From assembly GCA_963708075.1 (NCBI GenBank), contig OY970194.1:4544001-4608000 (forward strand): DNA of 64,000 nt, given 5' to 3'. The notes beneath the pieces were generated by a model that was given only the letters and a program-made list of their open reading frames with translations, had not been told where the DNA came from and did not search any database. Below, in pieces: positions 30,751 to 41,477 of this stretch. This DNA comes from Sedimentisphaerales bacterium (lineage in GTDB: Bacteria > Planctomycetota > Phycisphaerae > Sedimentisphaerales > Anaerobacaceae). The position numbers and the translations under genes were made by a program. Every line of letters begins with the position of its first letter. Positions within the stretch are counted from its first letter, which is position 1.

Positions 30751-31967
30751 GCCGTTTGCATGGCAAGACGCTCGCGCATGAGCCTCAAGTGCTGCTTCAT
30801 TTTCCGGGGCAGGCAACTTCGCCATCCGTCTCTGAGTCCTCTGGGATAGTTCCATTTTGTCACATCCAAGGTTGGCTTCAGAGGCCGAGGGGCCCCGACC
30901 GCCGTATCCATCACATCCATGTACTGTTGAGCGGCTCTTCCCACGGAGAACCGACTCCGCGCGCTGCGCCCGGCTGCGAGCGACATCTCCTGCCGTCGTG
31001 CCGGATCGCAGGCCAGGCGCACAATGCAGTCTGCCGCCCGTCGCCAGTCGCCAATCGGAAAGAGACAACCCGTGCTCCCGTCGTCGATGATCGCGTCGGT
31101 CACGCCGCGGATGGCCGAGGCCACCGGAACGCAGCCGGAGGCCATCGCTTCCACCAGGCTCAGGCCGAAGCCCTCGTAGCGCGATGGGAAGATGTAGATA
31201 TCGGCCTGGGCCAGAACCTCCGGCACTGCCTCATACGGCACCGGGCCCAGGAAATGCACGTTGGACAGGCTGTTGCATCGGCGCTTCAACTCCGCAAGGT
31301 CCGGCCCGTCACCCGCAACGACGCATCGCACCCGCACGCCGCTTCGGTTCACGCGCTCAAAGATCCTGGAAAGGAGCAGGCAGCCTTTGGCATTGTCCTC
31401 CATGCGCCCGAGGAACAGGACCGTCAGGCCATCGCAGGCCGCTTTCTTCCTGGCGATATTGAATCTTTCCACCTCAATGGCGTTTGGAATGGAGACCGTC
31501 CACGCCTTATCAAATCCCTTGCGTGCAATCAGGTCCCGGGCGATCCGGGGCGACACCCCGATTGTGGCATGGACATGGTCCCGTATGGCGCGGGCCGCGG
31601 CGTATGCGCCAACGCTGGTCGTATGCACGATCAGAATCCGTCGCATGCCCGGCTCAAGATATCGCACGCAGTTGGTCGCGACGCGGCCGCACAGCACGTT
31701 CACAAAGACCCCTTCATAGCGTGCTGTCGTGAAGAACTCCACCAGGGCAGCCCCTTGCCTTGGCTCCTCTGACTCGCCGGGCGCAATGACTGTTCCCAAC
31801 TGCAGTTCCGCGTTGCCCGGCCCATCCGCCAACGCACTGGCATCGGCTGCACCGACGCCGATCCAACGCAGCTCGACGCCATGGGAGAGCAGACCGCTTC
31901 GAAGGTTGTGGAAGACGGAGTATGTTCCCCCGGTATGAGGGATGCCCATGTAGGCCCATTTTCTCAT
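30747..31967 (-). CDS. GT4 glycosyltransferase
   Basis: Start MRKWAYMGIPHTGGTY; FLGRMEDNAKG; FPSRYEGFGLSLVEAMASGCVPV. Confidence 0.92.
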   Translation of the reverse strand: MRKWAYMGIPHTGGTYSVFHNLRSGLLSHGVELRWIGVGAADASALADGPGNAELQLGTVIAPGESEEPRQGAALVEFFTTARYEGVFVNVLCGRVATNCVRYLEPGMRRILIVHTTSVGAYAAARAIRDHVHATIGVSPRIARDLIARKGFDKAWTVSIPNAIEVERFNIARKKAACDGLTVLFLGRMEDNAKGCLLLSRIFERVNRSGVRVRCVVAGDGPDLAELKRRCNSLSNVHFLGPVPYEAVPEVLAQADIYIFPSRYEGFGLSLVEAMASGCVPVASAIRGVTDAIIDDGSTGCLFPIGDWRRAADCIVRLACDPARRQEMSLAAGRSARSRFSVGRAAQQYMDVMDTAVGAPRPLKPTLDVTKWNYPRGLRDGWRSCLPRKMKQHLRLMRERLAMQTA

Positions 31968-31972
31968 AGGTC

Positions 31973-32683
31973 TTATGTACCTTCTATTATCCGGCTGTCC
32001 GCGGAATTCGCGTGATCTCCGTGCCAGGGCCACATTGATTTCTCGATCAGGACGCAGAGAATGTCGCCGGGCATGGGATTGGGGATGATGGTCCCAAGCA
32101 TTTTGGAGACAAGCCGCAGACTCCTCCGCGACGCGATGCTGCCCCCATTTTCCGGAAAGCACCACAAGCTGCGGACACGAAGCCCATGCCTGGCCAGCAT
32201 GCGCCGCAGGCCGGTGAACACGAAAGGCTTGATATGGGTCCGGTCCGCCTTCTCATCGAAGAACTGCAACTTGCCCTTGAGCAGGAAACGCAGCCGGGAG
32301 TGCAGCGAGTGAATGTTCGGCGTAGTCAGCAGGAAGACGCCGTTGTCGCTGAGATGCGACTCCACGAGGCTGAGCAATCGGCCGGTGTTCTCGATGTGCT
32401 CGATGACCTCGATGGCGGTGATCAGTTGGAACTTCACATCCGTCAGTTGCAGGTCATCCTTGTCCACGTCCATCTGAAAGACCTTCGCACTCGTGCTGCC
32501 GATCTGAGCGGGCTCGACGTCGACCCCGTAGAGATTGCGGAATCCGTGCCGTGAGAGCCGCTCCAGCCAGGCGCCGGTGCCGCAGCCGACATCGAGAACC
32601 GCTCCGTCCCTGTTCAGCGGCGGAAGACGCCGCACCAGGGCCTCATGCAAACCCGGGATCGTCTTTTCCTGCAAGTGTTGCAT
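31973..32683 (-). CDS. Class I SAM-dependent methyltransferase
   Basis: VLDVGCGTG, EVIEHIEN, LLTTPN. Confidence 0.92.
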   Translation of the reverse strand: MQHLQEKTIPGLHEALVRRLPPLNRDGAVLDVGCGTGAWLERLSRHGFRNLYGVDVEPAQIGSTSAKVFQMDVDKDDLQLTDVKFQLITAIEVIEHIENTGRLLSLVESHLSDNGVFLLTTPNIHSLHSRLRFLLKGKLQFFDEKADRTHIKPFVFTGLRRMLARHGLRVRSLWCFPENGGSIASRRSLRLVSKMLGTIIPNPMPGDILCVLIEKSMWPWHGDHANSADSRIIEGT

Positions 32684-32738
32684 CGTCTCTACTCGCGTTG
32701 TGCTCTCACACGCATTTCACAGCCTGTCGCAAGCGTCC

Positions 32739-32844
32739 GGGTGGCAGCGGCAAGAGCCTGCCCTGAGCGAAGTCGAATGGGCCGAAGGCTTTGCCGATGG
32801 CGGATGGGCAAGCCATCGGCAAGCTGCGCTTGCCGCTGCCACCC
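32739..32844. repeat. REP-like palindrome, copy 2
   Basis: GGGTGGCAGCGGCAAG...CTTGCCGCTGCCACCC between the flippase and the methyltransferase. Confidence 0.85.
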
Positions 32845-32879
32845 AGCACCTGAGTATCAGCAAGCGGGAGCACGTTTAT

Positions 32880-34445
32880 CTATGGCACAGTTCTCGGTCG
32901 AAGGTGTCTCCATCGCGGCACAGCCAGGCTCCTGAGGTTCTGGCGGTCTTCCTGATCCAGACACCACAGCCATTCCATGAGCAATCCGCACAGGGCCGCC
33001 AGCGAGCCGCACACGCACACCTTCCATACGGGGCTTGTGGTGAAGGCCCGGCCGGCGCTGCTGAGAATGACGGTAGATAGAAGAATCAGAAGGGTCGCAG
33101 GCAGCAGGAACTGCCTCACGTACAGGCTCACGGATATGCCGAGACGCTTTAACGGGCGGTACACGGCATACCAGTTCACCGTGACCAGATGCGCGATCAA
33201 CGTCGCTGCGGCAATCCCCGCCAGCCCCCATGCAACGCCCAGGATGTAGGACAAGATGAGGTTGATCCCCGCGGCCATCATGAGCCAGAATCCGTAGGGT
33301 ATATCCTCCGTGGCAACGCCGACGCTCACGGTCACCGCGTGCTGGCAGTCCAGCAGGAGCATCAGGACAAACAGGACCAGGACCGTCTGGCCCACGAAAT
33401 TGCCCGGCCCAAGCCAAAGCTCGATGATGTCGCGGCCGCAGGCGATGAGCAGGGCCGACGCGATCCCAAAACCGACGACCACCACCCGCAGGTTTCTCCA
33501 CAGGAGCTTGCGCACGACGTGGAGGTTCCCCGCCTGCCATGCCTGCGAGATCAGCGGCGCTGATGGCTCGATGGGCGATTTGAACAACTCGTGAATCGTG
33601 GACACCAGGGCATACGCGGCCACGTAAGCCGGGACGGCATCGAGACTCACGAGGTATGCAATGTAAAACCTGTCCGTCTGCATGACCAGAAACGTGCCGA
33701 GGCCCATCAGCCATAGCTTCAGGGCAGGGGCAACCATCGATCGGGCCAGTCCCCGGTTCCACGCACCACGGGTGGCCGTGACCTCGGGATATCTATGTTT
33801 GACAACTATCCAGGCGGCAAAGCAGCTCGCGACCCCGCCGAGACACCAGACAACGGCCATGCCGGTGATTCCGCCGCCGGCCGCCACAACCGCGATGCTG
33901 AGAATGTCCACGAATATGAGGCATGCGAGATTGATGGCCCCCGCCCGTCCGACATCACCCAGACCGCACAGCAGTGAATGGACGAACTGCGCCCACGTGT
34001 TGATGCCGTAGCCGACGCACATCAGGCACCATGCGATGTATGTCGTCTCCATGGCCCCGGGGTCCAGGTCCAGCGTCCTGAGGAACCAGCGCCCCCCGAG
34101 CACGCTGCCCAGGACAATCATGAGCACCAGGCAAAACAGCATCCGCCGGCTGGTCGCCAGCAGGTCCGCAATGCCCCGGATCGACGCGCCGGACAGCGGG
34201 CAGTAAGGGTCGTCGCCGCTGAGCCCTTTGGCGAACGCCACACGCCTTTGAACGGTTGGTGGCAATCCGAAGTTGAACAGGTACAGCAGCGCGACAGAGT
34301 TGTTCATGAGGAACCAGACGCCCAGCAGCTCTCTCTCCAGGTAATAGAACTGCATGGGCACGAGGATAAGATTCAGTGCCTTGTGAACGAAGGTGCCGGA
34401 GACGGCCACCATCGTGCCCAGAGCTATTCTGCGGTCGCCTCTCAT
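32880..34445 (-). CDS. Wzx-type polysaccharide flippase (MATE-like)
   Basis: Many TM segments, LGVWFL...FNFGL, QTDRFYIAYL, IELWLG. Confidence 0.85.
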   Translation of the reverse strand: MRGDRRIALGTMVAVSGTFVHKALNLILVPMQFYYLERELLGVWFLMNNSVALLYLFNFGLPPTVQRRVAFAKGLSGDDPYCPLSGASIRGIADLLATSRRMLFCLVLMIVLGSVLGGRWFLRTLDLDPGAMETTYIAWCLMCVGYGINTWAQFVHSLLCGLGDVGRAGAINLACLIFVDILSIAVVAAGGGITGMAVVWCLGGVASCFAAWIVVKHRYPEVTATRGAWNRGLARSMVAPALKLWLMGLGTFLVMQTDRFYIAYLVSLDAVPAYVAAYALVSTIHELFKSPIEPSAPLISQAWQAGNLHVVRKLLWRNLRVVVVGFGIASALLIACGRDIIELWLGPGNFVGQTVLVLFVLMLLLDCQHAVTVSVGVATEDIPYGFWLMMAAGINLILSYILGVAWGLAGIAAATLIAHLVTVNWYAVYRPLKRLGISVSLYVRQFLLPATLLILLSTVILSSAGRAFTTSPVWKVCVCGSLAALCGLLMEWLWCLDQEDRQNLRSLAVPRWRHLRPRTVP

Positions 34446-34725
34446 GACTCAGCGCATACTCCGTCCCTGTCGGCATCCCTGTCGTGCGCGGGCGGCAAAG
34501 CGACAGCCGGCGAGGGAGGCGTGCCCCTCCGCTCGCACGCCCGTCAAATGACTTTGAGGTTCGTCATTCCCTCGCGAAATTCTCAATGCACAGGAAGTAT
34601 GCCCGGCGAGGACCGAGGCCGGCCGAGAGCATCTCGAAAGCCGCCGTCACTTGCTGTATACAACCCCCCATGATAGGCATCATCACACTCACTAGTACTC
34701 TGACCACACTAAAGATGTGAGTATC

Positions 34726-34762
34726 GGGTGGCAGCGGCAAGCTGCGCTTGCCGCTGCCACCC
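34726..34762. repeat. REP-like palindrome, copy 3 (minimal 37-bp hairpin)
   Basis: GGGTGGCAGCGGCAAGC TGC GCTTGCCGCTGCCACCC, perfect 17-bp stem. Confidence 0.9.
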
Positions 34763-34791
34763 ATCGTAAGCAATGCACTTTGCCCACAACT

Positions 34792-37092
34792 TTAAGATGG
34801 TCGCAGTACTAGGCTTCTGCTGAGTCCGGCTTCCAGCGGCTTCAGGGTCATACCGATACAAGTGTCGTGCGCTTTGGCATCCGGGCCGTGCTTGTGATTC
34901 GAACGACCCGATCCGTAGTGCCCGCCATAGTACCCGTAGCGGCCGCCGTCCCGGTGGACTTGATTCACTACGATTCCCAAGAGCCGCCCTCCTACGCCTC
35001 GCAACGCCTCGATCGCCCGCTGCGTGATCTTTCTCGTGGACCGGTCCGCCCGCAGTACGAGAATCGTGAAATCGCACAGCGCGCCGAGAATCTGTGCGTC
35101 GGTCACGGCAGTGACGGGCGGGGCATCGACGATGATCCGGTCGTACACCCGGCCCAGGTAGGCCAGAAGCTTGGCGAATTGCGGGCTGTTGAGCACCTCG
35201 GCAGGGTTGCCAATGCCATAGCCGCACGTCAGCAAACTGAGCCCGGGCACCTGCGTCGGCTGGATCGCCTGCGTCAGTTTCACTTTGCCTTCCAGCACAC
35301 TGCACAAGCACTGCTCCTGATGGTTGATATCGAAAATCCTGTGCTGAATCGGCTTTCTCAGGTCGGCGTCGAGGATGAGCGTTTTCTGTCCGGCGCGGGC
35401 CATGGCAATGGCGAGATTGCTGACGAGGGTCGATTTGCCATCCTCAATGCCCGGCGAGGTGATCAGCGTGGTTTTCGCTTTGCCGTTGGGAGCGCCGAAG
35501 AAAACCGCCGTGCGCACGATCCGGAACGCTTCGGCCTCGCGGGAAGAGGGCTCCAGGAGGATCCTGCGGCCGCGCATCGGAACCGACTGGCGCCGGGACA
35601 TCGTCGGCACCACCCCGAGAACGGGCAGGCGGAAGATCGTCGAAATCTCCTCCGTCGAGCGGATCGTCTGGTCGATCCAGTCCCTGGCCGCCGCGATCCC
35701 CCCGCCCAACACCAATCCACAGAGCAGAGCCATGGCGATGACCCTCTCCTTGCGCGGGCTGAACGGGCCAGCGGCTGGAAGGGCAGGCTCCAGAATCTCC
35801 ATCTGGAGTTGTCCCACGTCCTCCCCGACGATCTTGCGGATCTCGCGGATTTGCTGCTCCAGGGTCTGCGAGTACCCCAGCAACTGATCGACCTCGGAGC
35901 GAAGCCGCTGGTACTGGGCGATCTCCGTATTCAGTTGGGTCACCCGCGTGCGCTGGTCATCGTATACCCTGCTGAGTTGCTCGGCGTAGTCTCTGGCTTC
36001 GCTGTGGCGTTGCTCTGCCGCCTCCATCGCGGCGGCCACAAATCGGCCATCCAGCTCGGCGATTCTCCCCCGGACCCGCTCCATCTCGACCGTGAGAGTG
36101 GCCACCGTGGGATGGTTCGGCGTCAGCGTGTCCAGGAGCTTCTCCCGCTGCACCTGCAACTCGGTCAAGCGATTCTCCAGCGAAGTCCTTTCCGTCATAG
36201 CGCCCTGCGGAACATCGATCCCATCTTTGACCAGCATGTACTGCCGCAGCGCCCCCGGGTCCCTGGCCAGGAACTGCACCCCCTTGCGAAATGACTCCGC
36301 CTCCTGGGCGGCAATCTCGGCCTGCGTCAGAGCCGTCTGGAAGTCCAGGTACCGCTGTGTCACCACCGCGCTCTGATCCGAGCCCAGCGCCAGCGGCATC
36401 TTGTTGGCCTGGAACGTCTCCAGCGTATTGCGCTTGCCTTCGAGCTCCTTGTTCGTCCGCGCCATCTCGCTCTGCAGGATTTGCAGCACCTGGGACGAGT
36501 TCTTTCGTTCATGCTGCGATCGGGACGCCATGTAGGCATCGACCACGTAGTTGACGATCTCCGCCGCCTCCACGGGGTACGGCGAATGGAACGAGACGCC
36601 GATGATCTCATCCTTCTTGCCGACGGTGACTGCGATATTGTCCTGCAGGTATGCCACGGGGGCGTCCACGCCGGCCAAAGCCCGCATCTGGCGCTGCCGG
36701 AGCATCTCGACGGCTGCGGTCAGAATGGGCCTTGAGCGAAGCAGCTCCGCTTGCGTGTACAGGTATCTGTCGGTCTGCGGCACGCTGCCCGGCTCGTACG
36801 GCCGGCTGATCCGGATGCCACCATAATCAAGGTAGAGTTTGGCCGTGCTTGTGTACAAGGGAACAGTCAGCTCAACATAAGTGATGCCTGCGCCCAGCGC
36901 AAGCAGGATGCACAGCAGGACGATCCACCGGCTGCGCCAGGCGGCCGTCAAGAGCCCCGAGTTCGATCCTACAGCGCGGGCGGCGCCGACAAAATCATCC
37001 CTTGGCATTCCATAAGCCGAACGGTTGATCCGCCCGACCGGTCCATTGTCCGTGATGGCCGTAAGACGCGATGGTTGTCCCTGCTCAGTCAT
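34792..37092 (-). CDS. wzc: Polysaccharide co-polymerase / tyrosine autokinase (Wzc family)
   Basis: Two TMs flanking a coiled coil, EAFRIVRT, Walker A ITSPGIEDGKST, LDADLRKP, IIVDAPP, Tyr cluster RYGYYGGHYG. Confidence 0.92.
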   Translation of the reverse strand: MTEQGQPSRLTAITDNGPVGRINRSAYGMPRDDFVGAARAVGSNSGLLTAAWRSRWIVLLCILLALGAGITYVELTVPLYTSTAKLYLDYGGIRISRPYEPGSVPQTDRYLYTQAELLRSRPILTAAVEMLRQRQMRALAGVDAPVAYLQDNIAVTVGKKDEIIGVSFHSPYPVEAAEIVNYVVDAYMASRSQHERKNSSQVLQILQSEMARTNKELEGKRNTLETFQANKMPLALGSDQSAVVTQRYLDFQTALTQAEIAAQEAESFRKGVQFLARDPGALRQYMLVKDGIDVPQGAMTERTSLENRLTELQVQREKLLDTLTPNHPTVATLTVEMERVRGRIAELDGRFVAAAMEAAEQRHSEARDYAEQLSRVYDDQRTRVTQLNTEIAQYQRLRSEVDQLLGYSQTLEQQIREIRKIVGEDVGQLQMEILEPALPAAGPFSPRKERVIAMALLCGLVLGGGIAAARDWIDQTIRSTEEISTIFRLPVLGVVPTMSRRQSVPMRGRRILLEPSSREAEAFRIVRTAVFFGAPNGKAKTTLITSPGIEDGKSTLVSNLAIAMARAGQKTLILDADLRKPIQHRIFDINHQEQCLCSVLEGKVKLTQAIQPTQVPGLSLLTCGYGIGNPAEVLNSPQFAKLLAYLGRVYDRIIVDAPPVTAVTDAQILGALCDFTILVLRADRSTRKITQRAIEALRGVGGRLLGIVVNQVHRDGGRYGYYGGHYGSGRSNHKHGPDAKAHDTCIGMTLKPLEAGLSRSLVLRPS

Positions 37093-38674
37093 TCTCGTCC
37101 CAGAGGTCGGTTGGATCGACAAAGAGAACCGAACGTGAGTCGAAAGTATCGGTCAAAGAACACATTCGTGCGAGTGCGTAGCGTGTGTTCCACAGAGATC
37201 ACGTCGCCGGCTTTGACCGGCATCGCCAGGGCGTCCGTCAGGTCCTGCTCGTTCCTGGTGTTCACGAGTTGGATCGTGATGCTCGAAATCTCGCCGTCCG
37301 GCTGCAGCCGATAGATGCTCACATACCGCGGATCGGACACCGGATCCAATCCGCCCGCAAGACCGATCGCCTGAATCAGGTTGTACTCGGTGTTCGGCGG
37401 GTACGGGAAGTTGCCCGGATCTCTGACCAGTCCCAGGACAGAAATGAGCAGCTCGCGAGGCCACTCCACCGTAACCGTGTCGCCTTCCTGCAGCGTCACA
37501 TCGTTGAACGGGATGTTCAGCCCCTTGATCGGCAGAACCAGGGTGGTTACAGCCTGATCGTTGACCCACTGGATGGACCTGGCTGGTGTGCTCCGGCCGG
37601 ATGGGATCTGCTTCTTGAAGGGCGGCGCGCCCAGAAGGGCCACGAGCCGTCCCTCCTCCACGGTCCAGCCACAGTCCTGCGCCACCGCAGCGGTTCTCGG
37701 ATTTCAGCGGGGCTGCGTTCAGGGCTTGGGCCAATCGGGCGACTTTTGTCTGCAGGTCCGCCACCGGCACCCGGCTCGACGCGGCAGTCGCCGCATCGAG
37801 GAATGCCGACATCTGGGCCTGAGCGGCCAGATCACACCACTTGCGGACCATCGTCTCATTCTGATCTGCAATGGCAAGCCAGCCCGTGGTCTTGAGAGGC
37901 CCCTCCCGTTCGAATGCAGCCCGGAGGGTCGCGCTCCCAATGACGGGTCCGGCTTGATCCAGGAGCGTTGCCTGCACCTGACGGATCCCCGGCCGGCCAT
38001 CCGCGTTTCCCAGGAGAGCCGGGGCCTGCATTTCGGAAGCCTGCGAGGCGCCGGCCTCGCGCCGGGCGATCCGGATGAGGGCTGCGCCCCGCTCCACGAT
38101 GCCGCCCGCCTCCATCAGCAAGGCCACGAGTGACATCTGGTCGGGCCGTAGCGAGTAGACGCCCGGCCGGGCGACCGCCCCAACGACGGAAACACGCCGC
38201 ATATTGTACTGCAGGACACTCGCGTAGATCGGACACGGGGCCTTGATATATTTCGGATGATATTGGGCGAGCACTCCCGCCTCGATCTCCGCCAGGGATT
38301 TGCCCGCCGCCGCAAACGGGCCGGCCACGGGAAGCATGATTGTCCCGTCGTCGCTGATCCGGCAGGCATAGGTTCTCCTTTTTTCCGTCGGTGACCGTGC
38401 CGTCGAAGCTCTGCGACGTCAGGATCGCCGGCATTTCCAACTGCACGACGTCGCCGGTGCCGGTGCGGTAGGGTCCGGTGACGATCTTCGCCTGCAGGAC
38501 GCGATCCATATCGACCGCCGGCCCCGTCGCCTCATCCGCCTTGAAGACAGCCATCTCCTCGACGGAGGGTCTGCGCACCCGATCACTGCAGCCGGTCAGT
38601 ATGCACCCCGCGCTCATGCACACGAGGAGCCACAGACATGGCCTTGCCGCTGCCAATAGAGACTCCCTGCTCAT
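37085..38674 (-). CDS. wza: Polysaccharide export lipoprotein (Wza-like, SLBB domains); frameshifts near 38380, 37690 and 37120
   Basis: Lipobox ILTGC; YRTGTGDVV; DGTIMLPVAG; VSVVGAVARPGVY; VLGLVRDPGNFPYP...QAIGLAGG, spread over three frames. Confidence 0.8.
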
Positions 38675-38920
38675 GGTCACCCGCCTTATCCCTGGACCGA
38701 GAGTGTCCACACATCCCCCCAAATGATATGACTGCTCCTGCGATCGCGGCCCGGGCCCTGCGTCACGGAGCGGGCTGAAAGACGTTCCCTGCGGCCGGCG
38801 CGACGCTGATCCGGCGCCTCGCTTTCCCCATTCTCATGGCCATGGCGCCCCCCTTTCCTGCCGACCGCACGCCCCCACACCTGCCGCTGCACGTGCCGCC
38901 GAAAGATCGTCATCTGCGTG

Positions 38921-39208
38921 TCACATGCAGCGAGGGCACTCGAACCGCCGGCACTGCTCGCGAAAGCAGGTAAACATATGCAGGATCAGTTCACACCGAT
39001 CGGCGACGCCGAATCGCATGAACAGCCGGCCCAGGTGAGTGCGCACCGTTGGCACAGACACTTCGAGCTCCTTGGCGATCTGCTTGTCAGACCGGCCGCA
39101 CAGAAGCCGCTCCACAATCTGCGCCTGGCGACGCGACAAACCCAGGTTCCGATGAAGGTCCGCCCACTCCGTTTCTGAGAATACTTGTAGATCCGCTGCG
39201 AATAGCAT
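38921..39208 (-). CDS. Stand-alone LuxR-type HTH regulator
   Basis: LSRRQAQIV...GRSDKQIAKELEVSVPTVRTHLGRLFMRFGV. Confidence 0.88.
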   Translation of the reverse strand: MLFAADLQVFSETEWADLHRNLGLSRRQAQIVERLLCGRSDKQIAKELEVSVPTVRTHLGRLFMRFGVADRCELILHMFTCFREQCRRFECPRCM

Positions 39209-39566
39209 TTTCCACCCCTCTCTGATGCATCATCCTGATGCACATACAGGGCCTGTCAAGTAAGAAGCTTCCTTGCTGTTCCCGGAATATGTAATGCACG
39301 GGCACCCGACGTGACATGTCGCCGAGCGCCACTTCTGACAAGTCCCTTGGTACTCGCGTTGTCGAAGTGCGTCAATTAAGGAATTTGCTCAATTTGCACA
39401 CTGTGACTTGGCATTGCGGAAACCCGCCCCAATAGGCCGGTTATATCCCCTATTGGCGAGGCTGTCTGCGAGGACCGCCGCAGAGCAGAGCAACTTGCCC
39501 AACGTGAACTGCGCGGTGTGACATCAAGGCTATGTCGACGCGCTGCAGGTATGCCGTCCCGGTGCG

Positions 39567-41033
39567 TCAGTGAGAGATGTTGTCTTCAAGCTGTGCCACG
39601 ATGGCGCGCGTCCGGGCCACCTTATTGCCGTGCGGACTTTGCCAGTGGACCTCCTCGTCACACGCGACCATTTCGTCCACTTTTTTGCAGGCTACGAGCA
39701 CCGTGGCGTGATTCTTGTTGCCCATGTGCCGGCCCACTTCGGAGGAGGACATGTTAGTGTGCTTGCGGGTCAGGTACATGCTGAAATGCCTGGCCAGGGA
39801 GATCGTGTGGCTCTTCTTGGAGGAATGGAGTTGTGCCGGCGTCACGCCGAAGTAGGCGCTGACGGTGCTTTCGATATCGGCGATGTGAATGATGGGGTCG
39901 CACCGTTCGATGTGCTCGGCGAGCACCGCCCGGGCCATGGACAGGGTCAATCTTGCGCCCTGCAGGGCAGCGCAGGCGGTCAGTTTCACGAGCGCCCCTT
40001 CCAGCTCGCGGACGTTCGTGCGGACGCTTTCGGCTACAAATCGGATCACGTCCTCCGACAATGGCTGACCGCCCCCGCCCCCCGCCGCACTCACGATCCG
40101 CTCCGAGTATTGCCGGCAGATGGCGCAGCGCGTCTCGAAATCCGGCGGCTCGATCTTGACGACCATCCCGGAGACAAATCGATTCACCAGCTTGTCCGAC
40201 AACTGCCCGATCATCTTGGGATGGGCATCCGACACGAGGACGACCTGTTTGCCCGCCAGGCTGATCGTGTTGAACGTATGCAGGAATTCCTCCTGGGTGG
40301 ATGGCTTGCTGGCCAGGAAATGTACGTCGTCAATCGCCAGCAGGTCCGTTTGCCTCATGCGATTTCGAAACACCTCCAGCCTCTTGGTCTTCAAGGCGAG
40401 CACGAACTGATTGGCGAAGTCCTCTGCGGACAGATACAGCCACCTGGCTCCCGGCTTGGCCTGGGCGACGCCGCTGCAAATTCCCTGCAGCAGGTGGGTC
40501 TTGCCGACGCCGCATCCGCCATGAATGAACAGAGGGTTATAGGGGCTCTGCCGCTCCCGGACTACAGCCCGGGCCGCATTGTACGCCAGCTCGTTCGATG
40601 GTCCCACAATGAAGCTGTCCAGCGTCAGCCTCAGGCTGGCCGGCGAACACGACGCGGCATCCGCTGCATGGCCGCGACGTTGAGCGTGAGGCGCTGAGGC
40701 TACCGGCCCCGCCTGTGGCTGGGGGGACGCGATACTGGGCCGCCGTTTGCCCGAGAGCTCCGCGTCCACCACAAACGAGATCTCCGGGACCACCCCCAGG
40801 ACAGACTGCGCAGCCGCCTTGATCTCTTTGAGGAAGTGGCCCTCGAGCCAGCCGGCGAGGAAAGGATTGGGAACGCCGATTCGGAGGTATTCGTCACTCA
40901 GCACGAAGCGGGTGCAGTCCTGGAACCAGATCTTGTACTTCTCCCGACCGATCCGCTCGGCGAGTGATCCGGTTAGAGCTGTCACATCGGACCCTGTGGT
41001 GCGGGAACCGCCATCCGTGATCGTGCCCTGCAT
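39567..41033 (-). CDS. dnaA: Chromosomal replication initiator DnaA
   Basis: Domain I VPNPFLAGWL; FIVGPSNELA; YNPLFIHGGCGVGKTHLL; LAIDDVHFL; TQEEFLHTFN; NVRELEGAL; domain IV. Confidence 0.96.
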   Translation of the reverse strand: MQGTITDGGSRTTGSDVTALTGSLAERIGREKYKIWFQDCTRFVLSDEYLRIGVPNPFLAGWLEGHFLKEIKAAAQSVLGVVPEISFVVDAELSGKRRPSIASPQPQAGPVASAPHAQRRGHAADAASCSPASLRLTLDSFIVGPSNELAYNAARAVVRERQSPYNPLFIHGGCGVGKTHLLQGICSGVAQAKPGARWLYLSAEDFANQFVLALKTKRLEVFRNRMRQTDLLAIDDVHFLASKPSTQEEFLHTFNTISLAGKQVVLVSDAHPKMIGQLSDKLVNRFVSGMVVKIEPPDFETRCAICRQYSERIVSAAGGGGGQPLSEDVIRFVAESVRTNVRELEGALVKLTACAALQGARLTLSMARAVLAEHIERCDPIIHIADIESTVSAYFGVTPAQLHSSKKSHTISLARHFSMYLTRKHTNMSSSEVGRHMGNKNHATVLVACKKVDEMVACDEEVHWQSPHGNKVARTRAIVAQLEDNISH

Positions 41034-41099
41034 CAATAACTCCCCATCGCTTATTACTCGTCACGCTGTCCGCGCGTGCATTATGGTCTGAAAAAGAGG

Positions 41100-41470
41100 G
41101 TCCAATCCTCTACCGAAAATCAACTCTGCCTGGGTGCTATTATTTTGAAAAGGTTCGGCAAATCAACACGATTCCGACGGTTTTCTTTTCCACCTGACGG
41201 CAGGGGCCGCACGGCACTGGCTTTGCGCGAAAAAAAATCTCCTGTGCACAGGTTATCCACGCTGTAACTGCCCTTTGTGGAAAACCTGTGCACATCTGCG
41301 TTGCCCCCTACCCCCGACATCCCAACTTATCAGTACTGGTAATGCCCATCCCCTGAACAACCCCCTCCACGCAGGTCTTTCGCCGCTCGCCCACGCTCCC
41401 CAGTTATCCACAGCAACGATCGATGCCCCCGTTCCATCGCGACGACCATCGGTGCCTGTGGAGACAATCT
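41100..41470. promoter_or_regulatory. DnaA-box cluster upstream of dnaA (candidate oriC or autoregulatory region)
   Basis: TTATCCACA 41404-41412 (consensus), TTATCCACG 41253-41261, TGTGGAAAA 41276-41284, TTTTCCACC 41186-41194; AT-richer stretch near 41135-41170. Confidence 0.7.
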
Positions 41471-41477
41471 GGTGCTC

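Noticed and set aside
28156..34762. Repeated palindromes as a CRISPR array
   Set aside because: Copies are kilobases apart, with no regular spacers and no cas genes
38686..38913. 75-aa ORF between luxR and wza
   Set aside because: No motif or clear RBS; cannot be distinguished from a chance ORF
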